A stretch of 37,104 nucleotides of DNA from positions 1 through 37,104 of the IMG/VR virus record IMGVR_UViG_3300021982_000006; one strand, written 5' to 3'. Positions 26,078 to 35,562 of the stretch are shown in pieces. The position numbers and the translations under genes were made by a program. The notes under the pieces were generated by a model. That model did not search any database. It saw only the letters and a list, made by a program, of their open reading frames with translations, and was not told where the DNA came from. How positions within the stretch are numbered: position 1 is the stretch's first letter; each line of letters opens with the position of its first letter. This stretch comes from a virus (taxonomy: Duplodnaviria; Caudoviricetes).

Positions 26078-28741
26078 ATGGGATATAAAGCAAATACATT
26101 TAATAAATATGATATTCTATCAAGTGATGCAATGAATAAAATAGAAACTCAATTGCAGATTCTTTCAGAAGACGATAAAACAGGACCCCAAGGACCACAA
26201 GGTTTACAAGGACCTAAGGGAGATACAGGAGCGACAGGACCACAAGGTCTAAAAGGTGACACAGGTTCTCAAGGTATCCAAGGACCGAAAGGTGACAAGG
26301 GCGACACAGGAGCAACTGGACCACAAGGATTAAAGGGTGATGCAGGAGAGACAGGACCCCAAGGATTAAAAGGTGACACAGGTTCTCAAGGTATCCAAGG
26401 ACCAAAGGGCGATAAAGGAGACACGGGTGCAGTAGGACCACAAGGACCAAAGGGAGATACAGGAGCGACAGGACCTCAGGGATTAAAAGGGGACACGGGA
26501 GCAACTGGCGCAGTAGGACCACAAGGAAAAGTAGGAGCTACAGGACCCCAAGGTGCAACTGGTGCTATAGGTCCCCAAGGTATCCAAGGACCTAAAGGAG
26601 ACAAAGGTGATACGGGTGCAGACGGTAAGAGTGTTACTATATTAGGTTCTTTTACAAGTACTAGTAGTCTTCCCTCTGAAGCTTCTGTAGGTGACGGTTA
26701 TCTAGTTAATGGGGACTTATATGTATATAGTTCAGATTCTAGGTGGACTGACGTAGGTAAGATACAAGGACCTAAGGGTGATACAGGAGCAACAGGTGCT
26801 ACAGGACCCAAGGGTGAAACTGGAGCTCAAGGTATACAAGGTATAAAAGGCGACATAGGTCCCCAAGGTATCCAAGGACAAAAAGGCGATGTTGGTAATA
26901 CTGGACCACAAGGGCTAAAAGGCGACACAGGAGCAACTGGACCACAAGGAATACAAGGTTTACAAGGACCTAAGGGAGATACAGGACCTAAGGGTGAAGC
27001 TGGAGCGAAAGGAGCAACTGGACCACAAGGTTTACAAGGACCTAAGGGAGATACAGGAGCGACAGGTATTGCTGGAGAACAAGGACCTAAGGGGGACACG
27101 GGTGCAGTAGGACCACAAGGTTTACAAGGACCCAAGGGAGACCAAGGAATACAGGGACCTAAAGGTCCGACTGGAGCAACTGGTCCCCAAGGAGTTCAAG
27201 GAATACAGGGACCTAAGGGTGCAACTGGTGCGACTGGTCCTGCAGGTAAAGACGGTAAGGATGCTACAACAAGCATAAACTCTATATTTGACAAATATTC
27301 CAATAAATACCATTTTCAGATGCCTGACCTAGGGTTTATGAATGATATACAATCTGCTTTTTACCGTAACGGTATATGGCATTTGTATTTCCTATATAAT
27401 GGTGATTCTCGTTTAGATTCTAATGGAGACCAAAAAGGGGGAAATGGTACAGAATGGTACCATGTTACGACTACAGATTGGGTAAAGTGGAATTACGAGG
27501 GTGTAGCAATCCATAAGTTTAAGACTGATTGGGGAGATATAGCCACAGGTACTATATTTGAAGATATAGGCAATTATTTTGGTAAAGGAGATGGAGCAAT
27601 AATAGCTCTTGCTACTGGTTATGGTGGAGATAAAGGTCAAAATACGATGGCTTATTACTCTACTGATAATGGGTATACATTTTCTCCTTTACAATCAACT
27701 CCTATTTTAGGCAATGGTCAACCTTTAGGTACCTATCCTGACTTTAGAGACCCCTACCTTTTCCATTTAGATAATAAGTGGATAATGTATATAGCTGAGG
27801 GCGCTAAATTTGGTGTTTACGTGTCAGATAATCCTACAAGTGGATATACATATAAAGGTGCTTATGTAGCTCCTAACGGTCTGTTAGAGTGCCCTAACTT
27901 ATTTGTAATGAACGTAGATGGTAGTAGAAGTAATCAGAAGTGGGTATTATTCTACGGTGGTAATGGTGGAGACGATGTTTCTACGGGTACCTATGCTTCT
28001 ATTGGTCATTTAGACAGTAATTATGTATTTATACCAGAACAAGAAAATATACGAGTAGATAGAGGTCCTGATTTCTATGGTTCTAAAGTCTTTGCTGATA
28101 CCTCTGTTTCTGACGTAAATGACCATGTTCTTTCTGTAGGATGGGTAGGAAACTGGGGATACTCTACTAAAGTACCTAATGATGGTAGAATGGGCAATGG
28201 TTCTTTAACAAGAATGATTAAGCTTCATAAAACTGGTGATAACTATTGGCTTACTAGTGAAATATTAGGTCCAGTACAGGATTATCTAGATAACCCTATC
28301 GTGGGTAATGACCTTACTTCTAACATAGCTTTGCCAATGTTTAAGGGAGACTCGTTCTACTTTAAATTACGTCTTAAGAATATGAGTAATTACAAAGGAA
28401 CTGCTGGAGTAGAGTTTTATGGTAATGGTTATGATTCAGAGTTTACTTTTGATTTCAATGCTATGAAATGTACAGTTCATCGTTACTGCACTAGTTTTAA
28501 TAACAATGCAACCTTTGGTCAAGACAGAAGTTTCCCAATCTATATGAATAACATGTCTGACGTTTGGTTGGAGTTTTATGTAGACCGAACAACTATTGAG
28601 CATTTAACAGCGGATAAGCAAGCCTATACGATGGCTAAATATCCGCTAGGTCCAAGCCATGAACGTATAGCTATTGTATCCTCATCAGATATAAAGTTCG
28701 ACTATGAATATTATCAGATAATCAACAAAGAGTCCTACTAA
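26078..28741 (+). CDS. Collagen-stalked GH32 fructan hydrolase (endo-levanase LevB-like); putative virion depolymerase fibre
   Basis: Short N-terminal anchor; 50 + 55 Gly-X-Y triplets; GH32 catalytic motifs FMND (27344), FRDP (27746-27754), LECP (27887); LevB-like YLYN...GNGTEW-H and EGVAI-K; C-terminal beta-sandwich. Start ATG 26078 after GGAG. Confidence 0.9.
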   Translation: MGYKANTFNKYDILSSDAMNKIETQLQILSEDDKTGPQGPQGLQGPKGDTGATGPQGLKGDTGSQGIQGPKGDKGDTGATGPQGLKGDAGETGPQGLKGDTGSQGIQGPKGDKGDTGAVGPQGPKGDTGATGPQGLKGDTGATGAVGPQGKVGATGPQGATGAIGPQGIQGPKGDKGDTGADGKSVTILGSFTSTSSLPSEASVGDGYLVNGDLYVYSSDSRWTDVGKIQGPKGDTGATGATGPKGETGAQGIQGIKGDIGPQGIQGQKGDVGNTGPQGLKGDTGATGPQGIQGLQGPKGDTGPKGEAGAKGATGPQGLQGPKGDTGATGIAGEQGPKGDTGAVGPQGLQGPKGDQGIQGPKGPTGATGPQGVQGIQGPKGATGATGPAGKDGKDATTSINSIFDKYSNKYHFQMPDLGFMNDIQSAFYRNGIWHLYFLYNGDSRLDSNGDQKGGNGTEWYHVTTTDWVKWNYEGVAIHKFKTDWGDIATGTIFEDIGNYFGKGDGAIIALATGYGGDKGQNTMAYYSTDNGYTFSPLQSTPILGNGQPLGTYPDFRDPYLFHLDNKWIMYIAEGAKFGVYVSDNPTSGYTYKGAYVAPNGLLECPNLFVMNVDGSRSNQKWVLFYGGNGGDDVSTGTYASIGHLDSNYVFIPEQENIRVDRGPDFYGSKVFADTSVSDVNDHVLSVGWVGNWGYSTKVPNDGRMGNGSLTRMIKLHKTGDNYWLTSEILGPVQDYLDNPIVGNDLTSNIALPMFKGDSFYFKLRLKNMSNYKGTAGVEFYGNGYDSEFTFDFNAMKCTVHRYCTSFNNNATFGQDRSFPIYMNNMSDVWLEFYVDRTTIEHLTADKQAYTMAKYPLGPSHERIAIVSSSDIKFDYEYYQIINKESY
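26183..26632 (+). repeat. Collagen-like repeat block 1 (50 Gly-X-Y)
   Basis: 9-bp periodic GGN-NNN-NNN; [12 protein letters not shown] units. Confidence 0.95.
26768..27262 (+). repeat. Collagen-like repeat block 2 (55 Gly-X-Y)
   Basis: Same periodicity; separated from block 1 by a 45-aa non-collagen hinge. Confidence 0.95.
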
Positions 28742-28754
28742 TAGGGCTCTTTTT
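28727..28754 (+). terminator. Rho-independent terminator
   Basis: AAAGAGTCCTA-CTAA-TAGGGCTCTTT plus T-tract; the stop codon sits in the loop. Confidence 0.85.
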
Positions 28755-28756
28755 AT

Positions 28757-28785
28757 TTGACTTTTGCATAATAGTATGGTATAAT
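28757..28785 (+). promoter_or_regulatory. sigmaA-type promoter
   Basis: TTGACT-17 bp-TATAAT with TG. Confidence 0.82.
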
Positions 28786-28813
28786 CTAATAAGATTGGAG
28801 GAATAGAACGTTA

Positions 28814-29554
28814 ATGACTAAAAAATTATACATAGAAAATAAACCATGGGCGATTATAGCTAGTTTTGCTTTGACTTTACCTGAACCAGAATATGAAATA
28901 TCACCTTTATTTGGGACTGTGTTAGAAAACGGAGACTCCGTAATCACATCTAAGGTAGTTTCTGCTAGGACTGGTTTATTAGACATTGTAATACAGCCTA
29001 AAAGTGTCATAGAATTTGGTGTTTATAGAGGGTTTGATTCTTTACAAGAAATGAATAAGCAACTCTTGGGCAATAATTGGGTAGTTGAGGCTGCTGAGAA
29101 ACCTGAGCCTCTTTTATATGCCATTATCGAAGCTTATGGTATTAATTCTTATAAGTATATTAAAAATACTTGGTATGATACATTAGAGTATAACAGGGAT
29201 TTATGGGAAAATTATTGCTATGAATTAGTCGAGTATTTAGATAAGATAAAACCTAACAAAGTTGTAGGTTTAAATGCTATAGTTTTGCGGTATAATAGAT
29301 TTAACCTATCTGTTATGGAAAAAGAGAACCCAGACCTAATGGTTGAAATTAACCAGAGTCGTGGATATGCAGTACTGCATGTTTTAGGAAAAAATTATAA
29401 AGACTATGGTTCATATATGGAAAAATTAGGGATGAGGTTCTTTGATACCTACTCTACCCGTGGAGGGTATTTAAATATGCCATCTGAGATAAGAGTAGAA
29501 GATATGGATATACAGACAGTAAAAGAATCGGTAAAGGAATTTTATAATAGATGA
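28814..29554 (+). CDS. Conserved hypothetical protein
   Basis: 246 aa, GGAGG RBS; syntenic with the ~250-aa gene before the phosphoesterase. Confidence 0.7.
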   Translation: MTKKLYIENKPWAIIASFALTLPEPEYEISPLFGTVLENGDSVITSKVVSARTGLLDIVIQPKSVIEFGVYRGFDSLQEMNKQLLGNNWVVEAAEKPEPLLYAIIEAYGINSYKYIKNTWYDTLEYNRDLWENYCYELVEYLDKIKPNKVVGLNAIVLRYNRFNLSVMEKENPDLMVEINQSRGYAVLHVLGKNYKDYGSYMEKLGMRFFDTYSTRGGYLNMPSEIRVEDMDIQTVKESVKEFYNR

Positions 29555-30801
29555 GTAGAAATTTTGATACATTGAATGATGTATATGCAGTGTTACTAGG
29601 GGTAATCAATAAGCAAGAGGCTAAAATTACCAGAGCACAATTTAATAGTAGACTAGAAATCCTCTCTTTAGACAAGATTAGTAAGAACGACTTCAAACTT
29701 ATCGTTGATGAAGTTAAATCTAGCCCTAACTTAAAGGATATTTTTGAAAAGGCTTCCTATGGTGTATATACTATGAAAGACCTAAGCGATATTACAGGAG
29801 TTACGGTCGAGGAAAAAGACGAGCATAATCTATTGACAAACTACGTAGTTGATAGGGCTGTGGATAGGGCACAGATTAGAGCATTTAATAGAGCACAATC
29901 AAAAGGAGTAGCCCAACAATATTTATCACAAGAGATTTCAAAGGAAATTGTTAGTTCTCTTAAAGATTTACCTACGTATATCAAACAAGAGTACAAAGAG
30001 CCAGTTATCAAAGGAAGAACACTTGTTGTTACTCCATCAGATTGGCATATTGGAGCACGAGTAGATATTTCAGCAAATGAGTATAACTATGAAATTGCAG
30101 AACAGAGACTAGCAGAGTATACTAAAAAAGTTATTGAGGCTATTCACTTTTATAATCCATCAGAGGTACTTATTGTTCACTTAGGTGATTTCATTGAAGG
30201 CATTGATATGAGAAATATTAACCAAGCTTTCGAAGCAGACATGGATGCTACCACCCAATTAGCTACAGCTATTAGAATGTATACTAGGTTTATCTTAGAA
30301 GTAGCACAAAATACGAATAAAGTTACTGTGGGAGCTGTAGGTGGTAATCACGACCGTTTCACGTCTAATAAGAAAGAGGCTATCTACAATGATAACATGG
30401 CTTATAACGTTGTAGATACTTTGTTAATGATGAAAGAATACGGAGCAATTCCAGATAATGTCTATATTATAAATAATAAGGACGATATTTATAGTTTAGA
30501 CTACACAGTTTCTGGTAAAAACCTTCTGTTTGTTCACGGTGACAAGGAAGATAGGAGAGATGTTCCTAAGATTACAAAGCATATCAAAGACAAGGTATTT
30601 GATTACATGTTCTTAGGTCATTATCACTTCATAAAGACACTGCAAGAAGACTATGCACGTATGTCATTTATGGTTGGTTCGTTAATAGGTGCCAATAACT
30701 ATTCTAAACAGATTGGTGCGCCATTCTCTCGTCCTAGTCAACAGATTACACTAATAACGGAGGGTAGTGATAACCCAGTTATCATGCCTATATATCTATA
30801 A
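29551..30801 (+). CDS. Calcineurin-like metallophosphoesterase / nuclease
   Basis: SDWHIG, LGDFIEG, GNHDR, VHGD, GHYH motifs. Confidence 0.88.
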   Translation: MSRNFDTLNDVYAVLLGVINKQEAKITRAQFNSRLEILSLDKISKNDFKLIVDEVKSSPNLKDIFEKASYGVYTMKDLSDITGVTVEEKDEHNLLTNYVVDRAVDRAQIRAFNRAQSKGVAQQYLSQEISKEIVSSLKDLPTYIKQEYKEPVIKGRTLVVTPSDWHIGARVDISANEYNYEIAEQRLAEYTKKVIEAIHFYNPSEVLIVHLGDFIEGIDMRNINQAFEADMDATTQLATAIRMYTRFILEVAQNTNKVTVGAVGGNHDRFTSNKKEAIYNDNMAYNVVDTLLMMKEYGAIPDNVYIINNKDDIYSLDYTVSGKNLLFVHGDKEDRRDVPKITKHIKDKVFDYMFLGHYHFIKTLQEDYARMSFMVGSLIGANNYSKQIGAPFSRPSQQITLITEGSDNPVIMPIYL

Positions 30802-30810
30802 GGAGTTTAT

Positions 30811-31176
30811 ATGAACAAAGGTACATTTTTAATGGTAGTACTGCCTATAGTAGTACTAATCTTAATGTCTTTAGTTCAGTATGTACGTTCATCAAATATG
30901 CTTGCAAAACGTAAGCAACCTACGGGTACTAAAATGAATATTCAGACAACAACGTTAGTAAATATAGTAGCTATTTCTAACGTTGTTTCTGTTATAATTA
31001 CTGGATTATTGATGTTATTAATATTTATATCTGGTATTGTGAATGTCCCAGATAACTTCCCTGTATTGCTATTGCATTACTTAGTAACGATACTTATTTA
31101 TAATACTATTTCTGACTCTATGTTTAGAGTAGTTTCTTATATTTATTTGTACGTATCGTTGAAAGGAAAGAAATGA
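30811..31176 (+). CDS. Membrane protein (about 3 TM helices)
   Basis: Three hydrophobic stretches; AGGAG RBS. Confidence 0.75.
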   Translation: MNKGTFLMVVLPIVVLILMSLVQYVRSSNMLAKRKQPTGTKMNIQTTTLVNIVAISNVVSVIITGLLMLLIFISGIVNVPDNFPVLLLHYLVTILIYNTISDSMFRVVSYIYLYVSLKGKK

Positions 31177-31706
31177 TGGATTATGATAACAATTTTTATG
31201 ACCTAGATAACGTGCCTATGTACCGTGATGGAATATTATATATTAATAAGAACGAAGTCAAAACTCCCTTATATATCATTCAATTAGTACGGCTACATGG
31301 CTCTTCTTGGGCGTTTGTATACGATGTTGATGCTAAGAGTGCTAGAAAAGGTGTTCCGAGAAAGCGTAGGCACGCTGAACAACATATTTCGGTTAAAGTA
31401 GTTTCTAATTCAGAATTAGGGAACTACATTAACAGAGATAGTACTAAAGAAGTAACAAACGTTATGGTAGAAGACACATATAAATATCAGGCGTTAGTTA
31501 TTGGAGGAGTTTCTTCAATATCTGATAAAGAGGGAGACGGGTTTTATGATAGAGACCAAGACGGAAATCCAGTAGACATATTTATAGGTATAAATGATAT
31601 AGAGTGGTCTAACGAGATGACCTATGATTCAGACGATTTGGTAAAGGAACTCTTGAGAAGTACAGAAGAAGAGTTATTGAGTGGTATAGATGGTCAAGGT
31701 TACTGA
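31173..31706 (+). CDS. Conserved hypothetical protein
   Basis: 177 aa; ATGA overlap; part of the syntenic block. Confidence 0.7.
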   Translation: MMDYDNNFYDLDNVPMYRDGILYINKNEVKTPLYIIQLVRLHGSSWAFVYDVDAKSARKGVPRKRRHAEQHISVKVVSNSELGNYINRDSTKEVTNVMVEDTYKYQALVIGGVSSISDKEGDGFYDRDQDGNPVDIFIGINDIEWSNEMTYDSDDLVKELLRSTEEELLSGIDGQGY

Positions 31707-32448
31707 TACAGAGCATCCGTATGAGTTAGATGTTAAACGTAAAATATTAGAAAGTCCCCAATTTTTCGGAAATATAGGAAATCATGTAGTAATATCTGAA
31801 AAAGCTATTTCTGACTTTAGTGTAATTGCTGATTTATTAGTTTTTAGCGAAAATTATGGGATTATAGGTATTGAAATAAAGACTGAGCATGATTCTACGC
31901 AAAGGCTTAATAAGCAATTGAGAGCCTATGAGGCTATAACTACAGAAACTTGGGTTGTTGTTCATGATAGTTTGTATCCACACGTTGAAAAGGTACTGAA
32001 AACAAACAATCATCCACATGTAGGAGTAATAAGTTACACAGTATTTGAGGGTGAGATATACATGGGTAAAGTCATAGAGCCTACAATATCTAATACATTT
32101 ATGGCAGAGCATGTGTTAAATATGATGCATAAAACAGAACTATTATCATTAGCTCGTAGAGTAACGGCTACCACTTACACAAAGACAGGTAAAAATGTTG
32201 TTACTGGCGCATACGGTGATAATAGAGAGGGTAGAAGTTCTACTGTAACGGGTCGTTTCCCAAAACGTATGCTAATTCAGATTATAATAGCTAAGCTAGG
32301 GAGGTTAGGTGCTTATCAGATAGTTGTAGATTCGTTCATAAACCATAATCTTAGTTTGGCACGTAACTTAAAGTATTACCACTTTTCTAAAATACCAGAG
32401 GAGGATGGAGTTAAGACTCATATTATAAACGATGCCAAAAAGTTATAA
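31690..32448 (+). CDS. sce7726-family / PD-(D/E)XK-like protein
   Basis: E...IADLLV...IGIEIKTEHDSTQRLNKQL-AY motif. Confidence 0.7.
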   Translation: MVKVTDTEHPYELDVKRKILESPQFFGNIGNHVVISEKAISDFSVIADLLVFSENYGIIGIEIKTEHDSTQRLNKQLRAYEAITTETWVVVHDSLYPHVEKVLKTNNHPHVGVISYTVFEGEIYMGKVIEPTISNTFMAEHVLNMMHKTELLSLARRVTATTYTKTGKNVVTGAYGDNREGRSSTVTGRFPKRMLIQIIIAKLGRLGAYQIVVDSFINHNLSLARNLKYYHFSKIPEEDGVKTHIINDAKKL

Positions 32449-32836
32449 AAAAGGTGGGTATGGAACAAATACCCACGTAGCCTTGCCTGGTAATAAACAT
32501 GCAAGAACAGATAAAGCCACAGAGGGCTTTAGGAAAAATACTAATAGATTAAAGCCAGTATCTAGCAACACCTATGTGAATGTTACTGAGCAAGAAATAT
32601 CCTTACGTTTAGAGTATGCAAAATCTATAGTAAGCAACATTTCAGGTATTGACTCTAGAAGGTTTATCTTAGATGACTTTAAGTCAGATTTTAGTGCAAG
32701 TTCTCAAACAGAAAACTACAGAGTTATGTATAATGGTACATCATGGGGTAGAGTATCCATAACTGTTATACGATTACCCAGTCGTAATGATTTACAATTT
32801 GTAGCACTTAGAAAGGTTAGTTCAAATGGTTCTTAA
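32432..32836 (+). CDS. Basic conserved hypothetical protein
   Basis: 134 aa; overlaps both neighbours. Confidence 0.65.
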   Translation: MPKSYKKGGYGTNTHVALPGNKHARTDKATEGFRKNTNRLKPVSSNTYVNVTEQEISLRLEYAKSIVSNISGIDSRRFILDDFKSDFSASSQTENYRVMYNGTSWGRVSITVIRLPSRNDLQFVALRKVSSNGS

Positions 32837-33575
32837 GAACATTATAGAAAACAAGGAAAAATTTTTAACAGGGGTATATTTACGTGTATTAGATGATTTA
32901 GATTATACATTGTCTCCTACATATAGAGTAGATTCTAGGGTAGGCATAGATATTTTAGAAAACAATGACTATGTTTTAGACCTTAGTATCCTAGCTCTAG
33001 ATAATATTGAGATGGATAGAGCAGATGTATTTACAAAAATGCTGAGGGGCTCCAATGTATGGGTAGACAGTAATGAGGAATCAGCTAGTATATCAGGTAG
33101 ACTTACGCTTGAGAATCCTAAAATTAAGCATAGTACTATTACTATATCTAGTGAAAAGATACATCAATATACGCTTAATTCTGTACTAACTGATTTAGAG
33201 GGTAATAGCGTTAATTTTGAGGTTGTTCTAACTTTTTTGGATAAAGAGTATCTTCATGGGTTATCTGTTTTCAACGAAAAATCACTAACTCCAAGTAACT
33301 TAAAAAAATTAGTGCCTCTTATCTCCACAAATTCTTTTGGAGAATTGCCTATATTGGCTAGTTATGACGGTAAGTATGTCCGACAAAATATAAAGCCCTA
33401 TGGGTATAGTGACATGCTATCAGTAAGTGAAAACAACATTCTGATTGTACATGGTTATGACGGTCGTATAGGAGTAGACCTTACAGGCTCTCATACAGAG
33501 GTATCAATAACAAATAGTGGCTATATTATGAATATAGAACTAAAAGACAAAACACATTTATTTGTTTACATGTAA
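32826..33575 (+). CDS. Conserved hypothetical protein
   Basis: 249 aa; GAAAGG RBS. Confidence 0.7.
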   Translation: MVLKNIIENKEKFLTGVYLRVLDDLDYTLSPTYRVDSRVGIDILENNDYVLDLSILALDNIEMDRADVFTKMLRGSNVWVDSNEESASISGRLTLENPKIKHSTITISSEKIHQYTLNSVLTDLEGNSVNFEVVLTFLDKEYLHGLSVFNEKSLTPSNLKKLVPLISTNSFGELPILASYDGKYVRQNIKPYGYSDMLSVSENNILIVHGYDGRIGVDLTGSHTEVSITNSGYIMNIELKDKTHLFVYM

Positions 33576-33593
33576 AGGGAAGAGTGGTATAAT
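33565..33593 (+). promoter_or_regulatory. sigmaA-type promoter overlapping a gene junction
   Basis: TTTACA-17 bp-TATAAT with TG; the -10 overlaps the ATG at 33592. Confidence 0.55.
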
Positions 33594-33924
33594 GAATATT
33601 AATCCAGACTTAAAAGTTATCCTAGACTTTGGCATTAATGATGCAATTAATACAGGAGAGAAAAGGTATCGAGTTAGAGTGCCAGAGGATTTTAAAGAAA
33701 CTCTATTTTATGACTTAGATAACGTAATCGAATATATAAAAAGTCTAGGTTACTCTGTTACTACTAATGCTCCAGACAGTGATGCTTGGCATGGTTGGGA
33801 TATTCCTGCTAATAGGGAACACCTATATCCTGAAAAACTTAGTATGGGTAAAGACCATAGTAACTATCAACTTATGGAATCAGCTCCTAATACATTAACA
33901 GTAGATGTAACATTAAAGGAGTAA
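33592..33924 (+). CDS. Hypothetical protein
   Basis: ATG 33592 with an AAGGGA RBS is preferred to TTG 33562; 110 aa. Confidence 0.6.
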   Translation: MNINPDLKVILDFGINDAINTGEKRYRVRVPEDFKETLFYDLDNVIEYIKSLGYSVTTNAPDSDAWHGWDIPANREHLYPEKLSMGKDHSNYQLMESAPNTLTVDVTLKE

Positions 33925-33926
33925 TA

Positions 33927-34601
33927 ATGGCAAGTAGTAATAGAGTAACATTAGAAGATATTTATGAGGATAAAATCCTCTCATCTAAGATAAATGTATT
34001 TATTGATGATGGGAAGACACTGGAGTTTATAACATCCTTTGCAAATGCGCAAGGGTTTAAAGTTTCTTTAGGTACTATACGTAACTATAAGAAAAAACGT
34101 GAAGAGAGCATCCAAAAAGGTGTTCCTATGGAAAGTCTACTAGATAGGCGTAAAAAGACTGGTAATATTGTTGAACTTCGAGATAAGGAAGATAGACCTT
34201 TAGAAGAGATTAATGGGGATGGTGGCATTTACAAGCCAGGCTCTGAAAAAGTTATCACTATTAACCAAGTACTTGAAGAGCTGATAGATAAGGGTATGAA
34301 GGGTATAAAAGAGTTACCCGTAGTTGACCCTAATATACTTATGAAAGCCATTCAAGAATACAATAAGGTTAATACTGGCAATGGTGGGTTAACTCTTCAA
34401 GGCGTTCAAGAGCTTCGTTTACAGACCGCTGCTTATGAGCAAGCAATGAAAGACGTATTACTGACTTATATTCCTGAGGACAAGCATGAGGAAGTTCTAG
34501 GTAAGATGCAAGAAGCAGAAGATAAGTATTACCGTGAATTGGACTTAACAGACCAAGGAAAGAAAATACGAAGTGAGCTTGAAAGGTTAAATATACAATG
34601 A
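33927..34601 (+). CDS. Conserved Herelleviridae protein with N-terminal HTH-like region
   Basis: LSSKINVFIDDG...VSLGTIRNYKKKREE-I...LLDRRKK matches a recalled ~240-aa phage K protein; AAGGAG RBS. Confidence 0.7.
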   Translation: MASSNRVTLEDIYEDKILSSKINVFIDDGKTLEFITSFANAQGFKVSLGTIRNYKKKREESIQKGVPMESLLDRRKKTGNIVELRDKEDRPLEEINGDGGIYKPGSEKVITINQVLEELIDKGMKGIKELPVVDPNILMKAIQEYNKVNTGNGGLTLQGVQELRLQTAAYEQAMKDVLLTYIPEDKHEEVLGKMQEAEDKYYRELDLTDQGKKIRSELERLNIQ

Positions 34602-34957
34602 GTGTTGAAGAAGATATTGTACGTTATTATACAAGCGGAGACTCTATTAGACAGGTTGTTAAAAAGTCTAATAAGAGCTTTGGGTATGTATATAAGGTGT
34701 TAGATAATCATGGCGTAGAAAGACGTAATCCTAAGGGATACGGACAATATGCAGATGTTATCTCTAGGTTAACTTTAAAGGAAATTGTTGATATTATTGA
34801 GGAACGTAAAACTTTTAATACAACACTTGCCGATTTAACCTATAAGTATAACTTAATTAATATCGGCGTGACTCGTAATATTTTAAACAGGTCAGAAGAG
34901 TACCTAAAGGAGTATTACAAAGCAGATGTATCTCTGGATAACATAGACTATGATTAG
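34598..34957 (+). CDS. HTH DNA-binding protein
   Basis: IVRYYTSGDSIRQVVKKSNKSFGYVYKVL--HGVERR; a second HTH-like repeat follows. Confidence 0.72.
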   Translation: MSVEEDIVRYYTSGDSIRQVVKKSNKSFGYVYKVLDNHGVERRNPKGYGQYADVISRLTLKEIVDIIEERKTFNTTLADLTYKYNLINIGVTRNILNRSEEYLKEYYKADVSLDNIDYD

Positions 34958-35534
34958 CAAATTTTTAAAAGGAATTAAAACGCAACTAAGCAACTTTGAC
35001 ATCTTGTTATTGGCGCTAGTTGTTTTTCTTACCTGGCAACTATTTGTTTCACATCAGCATAATGTTATGAATACAGGATATGAATATGGGGCAGGCAGAC
35101 GGGTGAAAGTTAATACTAAAGTAGCCAACTCTTCCTGGGCATATCATCAGAATATGTTCAAAAACAAGATAGGAGAGCCCTTAACGCCAGAATATCTTAA
35201 TAAAGAGTTGTCTTATACTGAGGGAACTGTGAATGCTACACGTGTTCCACTAGGCACCCTATTTCATAATCCAGACACACTAGTTTTCTCAAACTATACG
35301 CTTAAAGGAATACTCTTAAATAAGATAAGAACTAGCTCCTCTGGGTCTGACTATATTATTTTGCGTACGCCTGTAGGTGATGTAAGAGTTTATTACTTTG
35401 GCTCACTTCCGTACCAAAGTAATAATACGCCTGTAGAAGTTACTGGTATAGTTCTTGGACTTCCTGATGATAATCCTAGTGATAAAGTATCGTTGATTAG
35501 TAACATAGAAAATACAAAAGATGCTCCTAAATAA
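34950..35534 (+). CDS. Membrane-anchored protein, possible OB-fold
   Basis: N-terminal TM helix (ILLLALVVFLTWQLF); C-terminal beta-barrel-like YTLKG...VRVYY...PVEVTGIVLG. Confidence 0.65.
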   Translation: MISKFLKGIKTQLSNFDILLLALVVFLTWQLFVSHQHNVMNTGYEYGAGRRVKVNTKVANSSWAYHQNMFKNKIGEPLTPEYLNKELSYTEGTVNATRVPLGTLFHNPDTLVFSNYTLKGILLNKIRTSSSGSDYIILRTPVGDVRVYYFGSLPYQSNNTPVEVTGIVLGLPDDNPSDKVSLISNIENTKDAPK

Positions 35535-35549
35535 GGGGCTTTTATTTTT
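35523..35549 (+). terminator. Rho-independent terminator
   Basis: GCTCCT-AAATA-AGGGGC plus TTTTATTTTT. Confidence 0.7.
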
Positions 35550-35562
35550 CTTATATTAAAAA

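Noticed and set aside
26827-27135. Minus-strand Pro/Cys-rich repetitive ORF, and alternative-frame ORF 26214-26522
   Set aside because: Shadows of the collagen codon periodicity; no RBS or promoter.
26183-27262. Repeats as a CRISPR array or DGR
   Set aside because: Continuous 9-bp coding periodicity with no unique spacers; no cas or reverse transcriptase gene.
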